Source of the DNA: Trichoplax adhaerens
Lineage: Eukaryota; Animalia; Placozoa
NCBI RefSeq assembly: GCF_000150275.1
Contig: NW_002060943.1
Span: 9,456,209 to 9,520,208, forward strand
DNA: 64,000 bases
Direction of reading: 5' to 3'
Below the pieces are notes generated by a model. The model was not told the origin of the DNA, made no database searches, and saw only the letters and a program-made list of their open reading frames with translations. Both the position numbers and the translations under genes were made by a program. Positions 31,156-45,264 of this stretch are shown here, in pieces. Positions within the stretch are counted from its first letter, which is position 1. The number at the start of each line of letters is the position of its first letter.

Positions 31156-34100
31156 ATGCAAAAAAACTTTAGAATGATTGCTGCAATGACCCGTGACCGT
31201 GGTATCGGATATAAGAATGATTTGCCATGGAAACTTCGGTTCGTATGACCTTTAATTTAATTTAAAATGGTGTTAAGACTTCAGGCCAATCTGCACACTG
31301 CTTTATACGAGTATGTAATCGTTCATAAATTATCTTATAACGAAAGCATACAACACAAGAGATAGAAAAGGGAATGATGTGTTACTAAGTGACTGTCAGA
31401 CACGTAATATAATTTACAGATTGATAACATGTTATCGACTTGTCGTCTACACTCTATGCACATATCAGACAAACTACATATTCTACTCTACAGTGCAGTG
31501 CAAATTAGTTTTAATTTTAATGTTGCAATTTAAACGTCCAAGTACATCGTAAATAATAAAATAGATAATCCCAAATAATTCTCAACATTTAGATAATTGA
31601 CTAGGTCTTAAAGTAGAAATAAATATAAATATAACTGCACTGTACAGTAGAGTGTTGACCTTTAGCTTTAAAGATACGACTCATTGCTCATAAAACAAAA
31701 TATATTCCAGCTATGCGAGTATAAATTCTCGAATTTGTACGTGCTTTAATTAAAAATTGGACGTTAGTCTTTGTAACCACTTTGTGGCCTTGAGATATCG
31801 CTATTCACCAAGAAATCGATATCACTGAACACTGATATAACTGTCCATGCAAGAACAGTCGAAGCACATAGTAATAATAATTACTATGTACTTTGCCATC
31901 CAAAAATTGGAAACGAAAATAAACACATTGTACAGTATATTTATATACTCGTATAAATATACAGCATGCAGCGAAAGTGAACCGTACGCGTATAATTAAT
32001 TAATAATTAGAATCAATATGCCGTATGGCTTATACTGTACTGTGGTAAAGATTGATTTATGCTACATAGTTTGTTCACAGAATTTATGGCATTTAATATT
32101 GGTATTTTCGTCTCTGGGCTATTCGCCATGACAATAACGATCATACTATAATTAATTCAAAGCATAATTTGCTAGTAAAGATCTATGCGTGAATTTTGGT
32201 GCTACCAGATTAGAACATCCAACTTCGTACGGATGACAGTCACCTGTTAGTCCTTGATGATCCATCTAAGTAGTACTCGCACTAGCTTAAATTTTAGCGA
32301 GCATAATGTAAAATAATATACTGATTGCATATATTAATCTAACGCTTCAAGATATAGCTTTGCAGGTAATCAAATTCATTACTACGATGCGGTATATCCT
32401 TAAATTATATTATTCACAGAGGATGACTCCCAAGTATTTTTTATATCTATGGTATTATGAATAAAGTACAGAGGTGGATACCTAGATGCATTAGTTTGAT
32501 GTGATTCACTCGGTATTTAAATGAAGTTCGGTATATGAAGAATTGAAAGAGAATATGTAGTTAGTAGTTGCAGTGGTTACTTTCCCTGAAAGATTTTACT
32601 GCAGTATTATTAAAAGCGAGATGAAGGATTAAGTTTACAAAAAGGTCAATAGATTTGATTCTTTACAGTAGATACGTCGGTATAAAATATAGCATATGAT
32701 AAAGCTAGGTTAGGAAGAATTATTCTTACAAATTATATATGTTAATCATCAAATACTGGGACGAAATCTTCCCTAGTAACTTATTCTTTAACTTGTACTA
32801 GGAATCTATTCTCATTAAGTCCCAATAATTTATAATGTATGCTATTTTCTACCGTAGATTCAATGATTACTAGTCATTAATTTACTTATAATTTTAAGAA
32901 CTATTTGACTATTGTACTAGCGATTAGATTGCTATTGAATAGTTATATAGATTTATAAGTTATTACCCTCTTCCTGAATTGGTACACGTATGTGCATGCA
33001 GCTTTAAATATCCCTTAAGGTTAATGGCTAGTCTTATAAGACCGACCAACAGTATCTCATCTTCATCTTACTTATTATGGTATCTCCTTTTATTTTAGAA
33101 ACGAATATAAATACTTCGCTCGCTTAACAACGTCGACCAAAGATTCAGGTTAGGAGAATCGTTGCTATAGTCATGCTAAAAGCTCCGGAGTACGATTTTG
33201 GTTTAATATTTTAGTTATAATTTGCGCTAATCGTTACATAAAGATATAATACAATGATGCATATTATTCTTGCTCTAAAGAAAAATGTCATACATTTGCA
33301 ATGCTCTGGGTATTCAAGCTTACTGTATGTATGTGGAAACTACAATATTAAATAATTTGAAATGTTAATGGCATTGTAGATGTAATTAAATTTTATAGTT
33401 TGGAATAACAGGCTGAAATTAGATTTAAAATGTTCGAAATTTCATTTCTAATTAGATAACTCACTAGATAATGGCGAGATTACTTACTGTGTTCAGTTAT
33501 GCATCGTACAAGAACATAGCTGCGTATTTGATGTGTACTGTACAGTAAATCATCATTATCTCAAATATTTTCACTTATCTCATTTTGAAGATATATCGAT
33601 CAATTAAATATCAGCGATAAATTTTTTGTCCACCGCAGCCAAGAAAAATGCTGTTTTGATGGGACGTAATACATGGGTTAGCATTCCAGAGAAAAATCGA
33701 CCTCTACGGAATAGAATTAATATAGTTATTAGCTCGCAACTTCGGTAAGCTATTATGATATGGTAACAGAATAAGTTATACGGATCTGATAGTATTATGG
33801 TTACTAGCTTTATAAGGAACTAGAAAATAGCAATTACTAAAATATTTTTAATCGTTGAGTGCGGCACTAGAACTGTAATATCATATGACTATTATTTAAT
33901 TTGATATTCCAATACGTAACGCGGGCTAATGATAGAGCTGAAGAGGTCCCGGAAGGTGTACATGTAGTAGCATCTATACCAGAAGTGATAGAACTCGTTC
34001 AGAGTCCTTTATTGAAGGATATCGTGGAGACTGTATGGATTGTTGGTGGAGCACCTGTGTACAAGGTAAAGTATCGTGGTACAGTAAAATTAAATACTTC

Positions 34101-34781
34101 ATATTTACGCTTGATATACTGTATGTCGTATATGATACTAAAAGCTTTTTTGTAGAAGAGTGCGGCTTATATTTTAACATTAATTGTTAATTAAACAATA
34201 ATTCTTCCCTAATTTTTTTTAGGGTTTTATGTCACATCCACAATGTGATCGTATTTATTTAACAAAATTAGATGCAAACTACGAATGCGATGTATTTTTT
34301 CCCGAAATGTCCGACGATTTCAAAGAAATTAGGTAATTTAGATAAACATTTTATGATAGCCTAGCTAGTATAGCGTATTTTAATGATAAATATTGCTAAT
34401 TTGCATTGTTAGCGAAAGAGCTACATCAAGTAAGCTCATCGTCTGTTAAATCTCTAATTACTGTACTACCAATTCGATACAGTTTATATTCTAGCTATTT
34501 AATTGAGAGGTTTGAATATAGTGAGATCAACTAATCAACCCTATTAGGTTCGTTGAAGTACCGTATAATGAACGTTAGTGCATTAAGACTAACAAAAAGT
34601 TACAATTAACTCAGTCACTGTACTTGTTATTAATCAGCTATTGATTTTTAGGACAGGATTTTAATTCACGAAGACATTAACTAAGCTAAAATTTTTCAAT
34701 TGTAGTGATCCAGATGTGTCACAAGAGGTACAAGAAGAAAATGGTTTAAAGTACACTTTTCATGTCTACCAGAGGAACTAA
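31156..34781 (+). CDS. DHFR: Dihydrofolate reductase, 6 coding exons
   Basis: [28 protein letters not shown] / [10 protein letters not shown] / [31 protein letters not shown] / [11 protein letters not shown] / [18 protein letters not shown] / [17 protein letters not shown]. Confidence 0.97.
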
Positions 34782-35290
34782 AACGGGGTGCATTCGTTGC
34801 TAAGTCAACAATTTGACGAATAGTGCCACGTTACAGAATGAACTGAAACTTAATACAACTGTTGCCATCATTAATGTGTTAAGTTACAATGTATCAACAA
34901 TCAGACATTTTGTTCATTTAAGTTATAGAAATACAGTAAGGTTACTTAATTAAATAAGTAACATACTTATCAAATGTTGTGTAATAACTTAACAATCCAC
35001 GTATAATAAGTATAGTCAATGTTTCACACATAAACGAATATTAACATTAATGGCCAGCTATTTTATTAAAAATCTTGTTCAGTACACCAGTAATTGGTTC
35101 TGTCATGGTGTACAACATCCAATTATAATTATAGTTACGCATTCAATGAGCATATCATCAACATAGAGTTCAACGTATTGAGACTGTTATCGCGTCTAAC
35201 AACTATGAGTATTATTGCTATCTTTAAGGCAAATGAAAGTATACAAGCATTTTAACTATTCTGATAAATTGAGTATACTAATTCTAATAT

Positions 35291-37097
35291 TTAAAGCAAT
35301 TTGGAATCAGGAGGAAGTTCCAAAATTAGTTTCTGAATATCTTTAAATTTTGCATTCTTTGAATCTCCAATTAAACCGAGCAACACCGATTCGTAAGTCG
35401 TGATGAAAATGCCGGATTGCCGCATGCGCTATTGATTAAATTATTTATTTCATTAATAGTAAAATTTAGTTATTAAATCAATATTCAAAGAGCTGAATAT
35501 TATACAATCAATAAGTTAATGCAGGTACATTAGTTTATGATTACCTCAATTGCAAATAATCTGTCCACCCTGCTACGTGAAGATATAGCGTCAGCTATGA
35601 CATAAACATTATACCCTTTCTGACGTAAATCCAAAGCAGTTTGTAGTACACAGACGTGCGCCTAATTTAAGAATATGGGTAAATAAATAAGATCATTAAT
35701 ACGATCATGGAAATAAGTCTGCAGTGTAAAGAAACAAGCGTAACTACAAGGACAATCTTGCTAGGGCTGAATCAACAGCATCGAATGGTATTAACATTTT
35801 ATTTTCAGTTTTGATTTGGCTTCAATCCTTCATCTTAAGCCGTATCTCGCAGCTATTGAAAAGACTACAATGACGAAGAAGTGAAAGAACATCTAGTTCT
35901 TTCCTAATAAGGACATGATTATTAGTGTTTCAAAGCAAACCTCAATGCCAAATAAAACAATTGATTTCCTATTAGTCGTGCTGATCTTCTCGTACACTTC
36001 CGGCACGACCATAGAGAACTTAGTCTTTTGTACGATAGGCAAAGAATGGTCATGTTGAAGGCATTCAGTTATATTCAACTCAGTGATTGTATTACCTAAT
36101 CCTTCGTTTGATTTCATAGAAAAGTAAAATTAACTTCATTGCCGATTGGTAAATGTAACGGAAATGAACCTAAAAGCCTGCCCATTGATATTTTTCGCTA
36201 TCCGATTTCAAATTTGACTTTGGTAAATCATTCAAATAAGATATTTTACCCTTTTACCATGACCAATTTAGTAATCATACCTTTGGGATACTGCAAAGAG
36301 TAACAATTATTAAAATCGTTCAAATCATACTTTTAATCACACTACTAAATGCTTCGGACGTATGCTGCATCTTTTTAGTACTACCAACAAGTATTGATAT
36401 CTATTACGAAATAGTGGGCAGCAGAAATTGTAATGGATAAATTCATATTACTGTACGGCTAGAGGTTGTTTTAATTTACTGCTTGATGTATATATATATT
36501 TAAGGTTATAAGATAGGTTATGGATAAAATTTGAATTTGAATATACCTGTTCCGTTACGACCACAGGAATATTAAGAATTTTGGCTGCTTTAAGCTAGAT
36601 CAGTATGATAATGAAATGGTGAAATTTAGCATTTTAACATTGACTAAGTCTATGCAAACTATGCTGAGCGTTTATAGGCTTTTAATTTTAATTTTATTTA
36701 CATAAGCGATTATCCGGTTAATGCCCATGCCTATGCTGTATACAGTACTGCAGTTATTATACATTTATTATCATTCAGTTCGCTCGAGCTTAATTGACGT
36801 TGAAATCTGAGATGTCACCATGGCAAGCGAGAAGAGAACGTAACTACTAGTCTCGAGTAAGTTTATGTTGCTTGTACTAATCAGCATACGCGTAAAAACG
36901 CTATCGTCCTATCGTCTAAGATTGAGTACAGTTACAATCATCATGCAATAGTATTAATCCGATAACCTACTTACCAATCTATCAACAACGACAACAATTT
37001 CTTTAAACTGTGAAATGACTCCACGAAATTTTTCTTGCATGTCACAGCAAAAGAAATAAGTGTCGTCCATGGTTAATTTTCCAATATCAGACATCAT
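35291..37097 (-). CDS. ISOC2: Isochorismatase domain-containing protein (ISOC1/2 family, short ISOC2-like form)
   Basis: [11 protein letters not shown] / [16 protein letters not shown] / YPK(G) microexon 36281-36290 / [20 protein letters not shown] / [19 protein letters not shown] / [21 protein letters not shown]. Confidence 0.9.
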
Positions 37098-37304
37098 GCA
37101 ATACTCTAAGTAGTATAAAAATTCCGTTAATTAGAGCAAAGGGTTAGCTGCTATACCGCGGTCATCAATAATGATAGAAATACGATAAGGTAATTTACCT
37201 TTTTGACCGCTAAAGCAAATCACGCAATTACTGTATGCAGCAGGTTTACCTCTTTCAAGGTCCTTTTATTGTCTCAGGTGTTACAGTTTTAGGCTGGAAA
37301 GCCT

Positions 37305-37425
37305 ACTTACTGTACAGTGTACAGTACAGTATTGTCTGTCAAGGATTCCTCTCTCTACTACAGTACAGTACAGTAGTACTGTACTGTAGTCTATGTGTTT
37401 GCACTGTACACTGTACACTGTACGG
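37305..37425. promoter_or_regulatory. CAGTA/TACTG pentamer island upstream of ISOC
   Basis: CTGTACAGTGTACAGTACAGTA and TACAGTACAGTACAGTAGTACTGTACTGTAG. Confidence 0.7.
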
Positions 37426-39022
37426 TAATGGTCCACGAACTACTAACTTCCGATGGCCCAAGAGGGTTACCTGCTGCTATGTGTGTAAATCCTGGGCAAT
37501 CATACGAACTAAATCTTACCTAACTGTAGGTAGGATTTACCAGTCCACATTGCGCAGCATACAAAGTCCGCTGTAATCAAAACTTATTACTGACAGAGAG
37601 AGTTACGTAGACTTAACCCTCTATTTCCATCACTACGATGAAATCCACTTCTATTTTAGTATACTGTAATGTGCAGTATAACTCGAAATTAAATCTGCGC
37701 AGATCACATACAACTCCACATTCGTAAGATAGTCTTGTGCTTGCCTAAGTCAATGTGGCCTTTCATTTAATTACTGCAGTGATGCAGTTCAAAGAATACC
37801 AATAGGATTTAAGGTGTTAACGGTCTTTTGGATGTCCCAAACATTAATTAATTATCAGTCGACTATTTGAATTATCTCGAAAATTTTTGTTCTTCAATCA
37901 TTGCTATCCACACATTCAGGAAATATTCAGAATCAGCTATATTACTAATGTAGTTGCAGCAATCGAGTTGGTATTGTGCTAATACAATTGTTATGTATGG
38001 AAGACTACAGTAACTTGTTGTACTGCACCTAACGTGTTAGCATAAGATAAAGGTGTAATACGTTATTACGGCTATACTATTTAAATGCAGTAAATCCTAA
38101 ATAAGGGAGACTGTTAGTAAGCTTACTAGGAGGAGCGTATCAAAGTCCCTCGTGCTAACGTTCACGACTAAGAGTGGAAACACAACGGTAGTATTTACCG
38201 TTCGAAGTGCTAAATTACGATAGGTCAGCTGTTTGCCTGATCTGATACAGAAAATAAGACAGAATAGATTTACTAACGCAGTGATGGTTGTTGTATGTAA
38301 TTCTGTTTGATCGCAGTTTACAAGTGTTGCAAAATATTTTGATAAAAAGTCTTTGATGATAGTTTCATACAAACTTTAAATTTGCATACTTACACGGAGA
38401 TTTTTTCCCTTTTTAGAGAATCCAGCTTACACGAAGAGAAATTTCGTGAAGACTTTTAAGTACATTTAATTAATTTAGTTTTTTATGCCACTACGCGTGT
38501 TTTACAAATATACATAAAAAGTTTTATATTGATAATAAAAGTAGCTAAAACTTTATACAATGTTTTGCTTCAAATAGAACACTATATTGTATAATTGATT
38601 TCAGATTAAACATTATCACTACGGTTCTGCAGAGTAGATATAAAATTCTTTCGTTTATTAGCAATCCCTTATGCTAACTTTCAAAAAGAACGGTAATCGC
38701 TTTCTCAAATCTACAGATTATTTGTAGTGCTATAGAGTAGCAGCTCTAAAGCCTGAAATCTATTCTTTCAAGATTATATTAATTACTCTCGTATTTTTAA
38801 TAATAATTTTATCATAGTAGTACCTCAATACTAAAATTTTATAATACTCGTAGTATAGCAACAGTTAATTTTGCTCACCATTATAATAATACAATTACCT
38901 TTCAGTAATAATGAATAGATGAAAAATAAGGTATATTAAATACCATTCAGTGAAGTTAGGCTCAGCTTTAGATTACTTAAAAATAAAAATATTCACAAGA
39001 CTTCTAGGTTATGTAATCATGG

Positions 39023-42000
39023 TTAATTTCGCGTAGCGAAGGCGCTACTTCGCCTAATGCCAGCGCTAGAAATTCTAGATGTCCTATGCCGGTCATCTCT
39101 AGGATTACGCACACTCCGATCTCTGTTGGGGAACTGGTTAAAACCACTACGATTGTGGGCGGCATGCTTGTTTGTGCGCTCAGAGTGTGACATAAAAGAA
39201 TTAGAATTTGAGGCAATACGGCCGCTGCTTCCGGGCCAATTGGCACGTCCTTCATCTCTATGTATGGCTTCTCGCTGGATCTTATATCTACTTCTTTCGT
39301 CACTAGTCGATCTAAAAGAATGATCCTTGTTAGGCTCACGGTCCCGGATACCAGAACTTCGTACTACACGAGCAGAGTTTCTGGACCCTGAATTTGGTCA
39401 AATTTAAATCATTAGAAAATTCATCCGCTGAGGGTAGACGAAATGTTTTATAACAATTTGACTGTAAGTAAGGATAAAGAATACTAGTCACCTTCCTTAT
39501 TCCTATTATGAGTCGCAGACGTATCCGTCTGTAACAGACTTGAAAAACGCGTACTGTCGCGATCACTTGAACGCTCTGTTATTGGATGTGTATCAGTTGG
39601 ATTATAGCTATGCTTTGACCGAGACATTCTACCATGATGGTTACTATCATGCCGTGATTCCAATCGAATTGGTGTATGTATCTGTCGTCGAGCTTAAAAG
39701 GGACAGTAGCGAATGTTAAATAGCTAGAATTATTCAGAGAAACATAACAGTTACTTTGTAGATAATTATAATAGCTACCCAATTTTTCTTCTGATGATGA
39801 TGGCTTTCCCCAATCGTTTCTATGATGTACATGATATCGAACAACAGAGTGTCCATCGCGATGGGTACTATCTTTACTTCTTCTTTGTTGCAATTCTATC
39901 AGATATACGTAATTAGTCAGATAGAAGCGACATGAGATACGCATGCAATATATTTTATCAGACCAGATCCTAGGTTATTTCGGCGATAGCCAGCGTTAAT
40001 GCTTCGAGCTGTATCTTTAGAGTGCTCGTACGTCCTTTCTCTTGCTAGTCTTTTAGCACCAGATACACCACTACTGCGATAATCAGGCGATTCTGCTGAT
40101 CTTTTCAAACCATGCTGTTCATAACGGGAAGCTGATTCAGGATTAGGTCGACTGTGATGAACATCCCTTCTACGATTTTGATAGTCTCTAGGTCTATTTC
40201 TGTAACGATCCTCGTCTCGCATTACTCGAGCTTTATCCGATTGAAAACGATCTCTAACATGCAGATGCTCCTCCTTATTTTGTCTGCGCAACTTACTACT
40301 TCTGATTTCTTCTAAAGTAAGTACTTTACCATTTCTACGTATATTTTCGAAAAAATTAGATTAGATAGAAGATCAAAATAGTCAATAATTATTTTCTCAC
40401 CTGCTCTGACTTCGAGGACTCGTGCCTTGTTTAACGTCAAGTGCTTCTTCGTTCGACCCTTTTCTAATGCCATCATTAGATTTAGATATGATATCTAAGT
40501 CACAATCATCGTAAGGAGACGAAAATTAAAATCAAAGATTTTGCTATCAAATTTATATTCTAAATGTGAACAATATAGCTCACTGGAGCGATTGGAATTC
40601 GAAAGTGTCTCATCTTCAGAAAGTTCTTTATTAAACCTAAATTTGGATTTACTTGCTTCTTGATCGCCTCTAACGACCTGAGCTTTAGATGTGTGATCAC
40701 TCGTGGCCTGGCATGTTGGGTAATAGCAAGATCAATAAGATAACAGCTACTGTATTTAAAGTCAACCCAAACGGACAGATATCTAATATTTATGACATAC
40801 CCATTCAATCGTGACAACGCTTCCACTTATATTGGTATTATTCAGACAAGCGATACATTCAGCAGCTTCTTTATGTCTTGCCATTTGTACATGCCCATAA
40901 TACTTTGATTCAAGTGATTTCATACTTATAATAATTGTCGCACTTATTACCTGAATGAGTGATCATGAGTCAGTAATGAAATTTGTAATAATAGATTATC
41001 CAACTCTCAACATTTAGATAGTAGCCAAAACGTACCTTGCCATATTCCGATAACTTATCCTTCAAATCTGCTGCTCGAACTTTGTGCTGCAGACCTCCAA
41101 TCCACAGGCTACAATTATCTTCAGTCTTTAGAGTGCTATCAGACTCTACACCAGCAAAATGTTAAATATTGATAGAAAAAATTTAGGTACCTTACGATAA
41201 GTTTGAATAGGTTGCCAGCCTACCTTTTTTAACATCACTTTGAGAATTATTCTTTCCTTCCGGTACCCTAAATGTCAAGATACAGTTGTGATGTCGAAAA
41301 TGATAACTTTAGGACGAACAGAACACCTTATATAGCAGAGGTAGCAAAGAAAGCTTAGCTTGATAATTCTCGATATTCAGACATTGGATAATCAAAAATA
41401 TCTCAGTGAAATTACTTATTAAGTGACAATATCGATATTAAGTACAATTTTTTCATACATAGTCGCAAGAAATATGGCACTTTCGAGAGAGATAGGATTA
41501 CTGAATTCAGATTTGCTTTGTATGATCAAATGTTTATCAAATGATACTACAATATCATGCAATAGATGTGGTTTTATAAGTAAGTCAGATAAGCTTAAAA
41601 GGGGCGACGAACATTATCCTTATTATATTATTTTAGATTGCCAATTCAATTCGTGGACATTTCTAACCATTATAAGCTCGACGTAAGTTGCCAATCAATA
41701 AGATCATTCGGTATAATTAAATAGTGAAAATATTGAAGCTAAACGTTCATGAGATACCGCCATGTACGCCAAAGGACAAATCTTGCAAACTATGACTGAT
41801 GATATTGATGAACGTTCTCTGATGATAGCAGCAATTAAATGAACGAAACATAACATACCTTTTACTCAATGGTTTTGGGATCACAGATACGTTTCTATCA
41901 GTTCGCTCACGTCCATGACCAAACTTATGATCGAGATCATTCCCACCCTCAGCTAATAGTGTGGATGGAGAATTTTCAGTCTCTTTTTCTACGGATATTT

Positions 42001-45000
42001 GTTCTTGCAAATCGATTTTGCTATTTTCTCTGTGATGTTGCTTATCGCAACTTTCATTACCAGATCCACGATCATCATCGGCATGTAGTTTGTTATGTTC
42101 ATCTAATTTCATTATCAATGTGAAGAATGAAGAAAAGTATCATCGCTAGGAGGAATTGGCAGAAGGATATCTGTACGGATTTGCATAGAACTAAAATAGT
42201 AGGAATCACTTCGAATTCATAGAAATGTTATTTTGCGTTTGATTACTCATTCCAGGTAGCATAATTCGAATACTACGCCCGAATATTATAACGCGAAGGA
42301 GAAACTTTTATAAAATAACCGCGTCAAATTAAATGCTAAGAATCTAATCGACAGTTCTTAAACTAGGAATATTCAATGATCCTAAGGTTCGCCGACGAGT
42401 GAATAGGCTTAATCGTTGCATGCATTCCAATAAATTTAATGGTATGCTAGAGATAAAAATGCATTGTATTCTAGAGATATAGTATTCATCACTGAATGTT
42501 AAACTAAGTTGTTTATAGATATTGTAATTACAAGTAAATTATAACTCACCTTCATGTATTACTTGGGTATCTCTTTGATACTCCTAATGAAACAAAGCAT
42601 ATGTAGGAAATGATTACATTAATACATTTATTTAAAAACTTAAACTCTTGTGGCAAGAAAAGTATAGGAAACGCTAATATCAACTAACATTGGAATCATA
42701 TTGCTGCAAGCGATTGTTGATGTCATCGTAGAGCTCATCCATTACACTAGGCATGGCTACTACTGTCTGCAGTGATTTATAAATTAAAATGAGTTAAAAA
42801 TTAATTCTTTGTCTATGTAGTTATCATTGAATCTAACTAAACGTAATATTCACGTTAAGTGATGCTTACTAAATCATCACTGTTTTCGGTATCTCTTCTA
42901 TTTGTATCCAATTCGCTTGAAGGTGAAATATCATCAGATATAACGCTTGTACTGAGTTCGTTGTTGTCGCATGATCTTTCTTCCTTTGCTTTTAATTTTT
43001 CAGATTCTTGTGCTTGTAATGGGCTTAACTAGTTTCGAGGGAAATACGTAAACTTATAATAACGATCGCTGTAAGCATGAGTCAATTCAAAGTATTTTTC
43101 CACTGGCGATGAGCTATCTTAAACTAGCTTTATTAGATATTATTTTTACATTTTCTTGATTTCTCACATCGGTCACGTCTAAAAGTAAATCAAAAATAAA
43201 ACACAGTATTCAGTTCTTCCGTTATATCACATTTCAAAGCTTATATTTTAATTCATAGAGTGGATTGAAGCTTAGCCATCCATACTAATCTATACCTTGG
43301 CTAGGGAGGCTTTCAAATTGACTTTGACAGGAGGAAGTTGATTTTACTTCTTTTAATAGAAACTACATTAAATATAAAGCAAAATTAATGATTACTTTAT
43401 TTTAAAAAGTGCGTTGATCAGTGACTAATCACTTGTTTAAAAGTGAAATAAGCAAAAAATAACCATTACCCTGTGATTACTTTGTACAACCTAAACTACA
43501 GTACACAAATCGAAGAGTTTCTTGTTTGCCGATAAAATAGAACGTACTAGTTGTAATAACAATATGTTACGGCCAAGGTACGAAATCGGTCATCGTAACA
43601 TTTAAACCTCCATTTTTAGGATAAGTACAGTGCTGCCAAAATCATAATTGCGGTGTGTACAGTATAAACCCTCTCTACTCGAGGATATGGTATCAAGCAG
43701 TACGATACCATTCATGAGTTATAAATAACGAAATTTGGTTTTACAGTACGCGTAATTCGAAGTTTCAATACACGTCTATTTGAATGTTTTGATCATTTGC
43801 ATTTTTTTCGTTCATTTAAGGTAGGTAGCCATAATATCTAACATTGCTCTTCCTGTGAAGTCTAGGCTATTAGCAATTTATTGTTTTACCATGTAACATT
43901 TTCACTTCGAAGTAGGTCCGGGATTAACGCCCAAATCGTCATTTTATGATACTGATAATCATCACATCATATTGGAATAAATACGATATGCTCCATGACA
44001 GAAATAGTAAGTTCATGATAACTTAGACGTTACAAGTGAAAGAATACTAAATATTCCAGCTCAATATTTTAAATAAACCAAAAAATTGCAAATTATCAAA
44101 ATAATATTCCGATACAGGTACAGTATAGACTAAAATTATGAAATAAAGGGAGAAATTGTCGTTAGCAAGACAGGGAAAGCGCCATGGACTCATTCAGTGT
44201 ACAGCATCGAATAGTTTGCTGTCGTATTCTCGATTAGGCAGGCTAAGCTCTTGTCAAACGCGTGATTTTACCGGTACGCCATAGCAGACTTGGTAGTGTT
44301 AGACTGGAGTGTTCCAAGTCACTCAAGTACAGTCACAGTACGTCATGCCAAAAATGAAGCCATCCTATATGTGTGTGCTGATGTCCAAATGATTGCAAGG
44401 CGTACCACTGGCCAAGAAAGCATGATCCATTTTTGAGAAAATTATTAAATTGTAAAGTAAATCTAAATTAATCCTTAGATGCACTATGTTCAATCAGTAG
44501 AACTTTCCTATCACGCGGACGAGTGGTAAAAGTATTATCGTGCTTTTCTGACATCATATTGATTCTAATTCTAGACATTTTCTTGACGTATCTTTTTCAG
44601 TTAATAAATTTCCCAAAAAGGCGAGTCGTTATGTCATGTAGGTCGGTAGGTAGTGTAACAAACAGCAACTGCGATGGAATTTACTATACTTTACTACCAT
44701 ACAGGACTTATTTTTAGCGTTGGCTGTGCTGACAAGAATTACTTTCGTCTCACGCGATTGCACATGACACTGAATATTAATACCACGATTACAGCTACCA
44801 AACAAGAAATATAATCAATTTATCGTAGCAGAAAAACGTCGTAAAACCTGTCATTATTCAGCTCAGTCAAGTTTGTTATTCTATTCACTTTATTCTCACT
44901 AGTATCTACGTCTTGCAGCATAGTGTAGTTGTGTGGTTGATAAACTTGTCGTCTTGATTGCGCTTCTATTGCATATTGTACCACAGGCGCGTATAGTAAA

Positions 45001-45183
45001 CAGTAGAAGAAGAATTTCAATTATTTCAATATACGAGAGTACACATCGTACCTGTTTTAATCTATCAGCTAGGACTTTCTTTGCTCCGCTGGTTGTTAAC
45101 CCTCTCCTTTTTAATTCCGCTCGTAAATCAACAACTTTCAACGTAGCTATCTCTCGACCATCAGGTAGTAGCAGTGTTTCCAT
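39023..45183 (-). CDS. SAFB: SAFB/SLTM family scaffold-attachment RNA-binding protein (SAP + RRM + R/D/E-rich tail)
   Basis: SAP exon LKVVDLRAELKRRGLTTSGAKKVLADRLKQ (45052-45183). RRM SLWIGGLQHKVRAADLKDKLSEYGK / VISATII...YYGHVQM...AAECIACLNNTNISGSVVTIE (~40800-41140). R/D/S-rich C-terminus ending ...SSAFATRN*. Confidence 0.88.
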
Positions 45184-45264
45184 CTTCCACTATTACTACC
45201 CGTCGCTCTGCTGACGTTTCTATTCTAATCGTGTAGGTAGTCCACAACCACAACTCGACCTTAC

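Noticed and set aside
39004-39339. 111-aa ORF as the SAFB last exon
   Set aside because: Non-ATG start. Another frame (SRNSARVVR...ATRN*) fits the R/S-rich tail and the splice acceptor.
44170-44190. RNase MRP/P CR-I-like GGGAAAGCGCC
   Set aside because: No complementary P4/CR-V partner found downstream.
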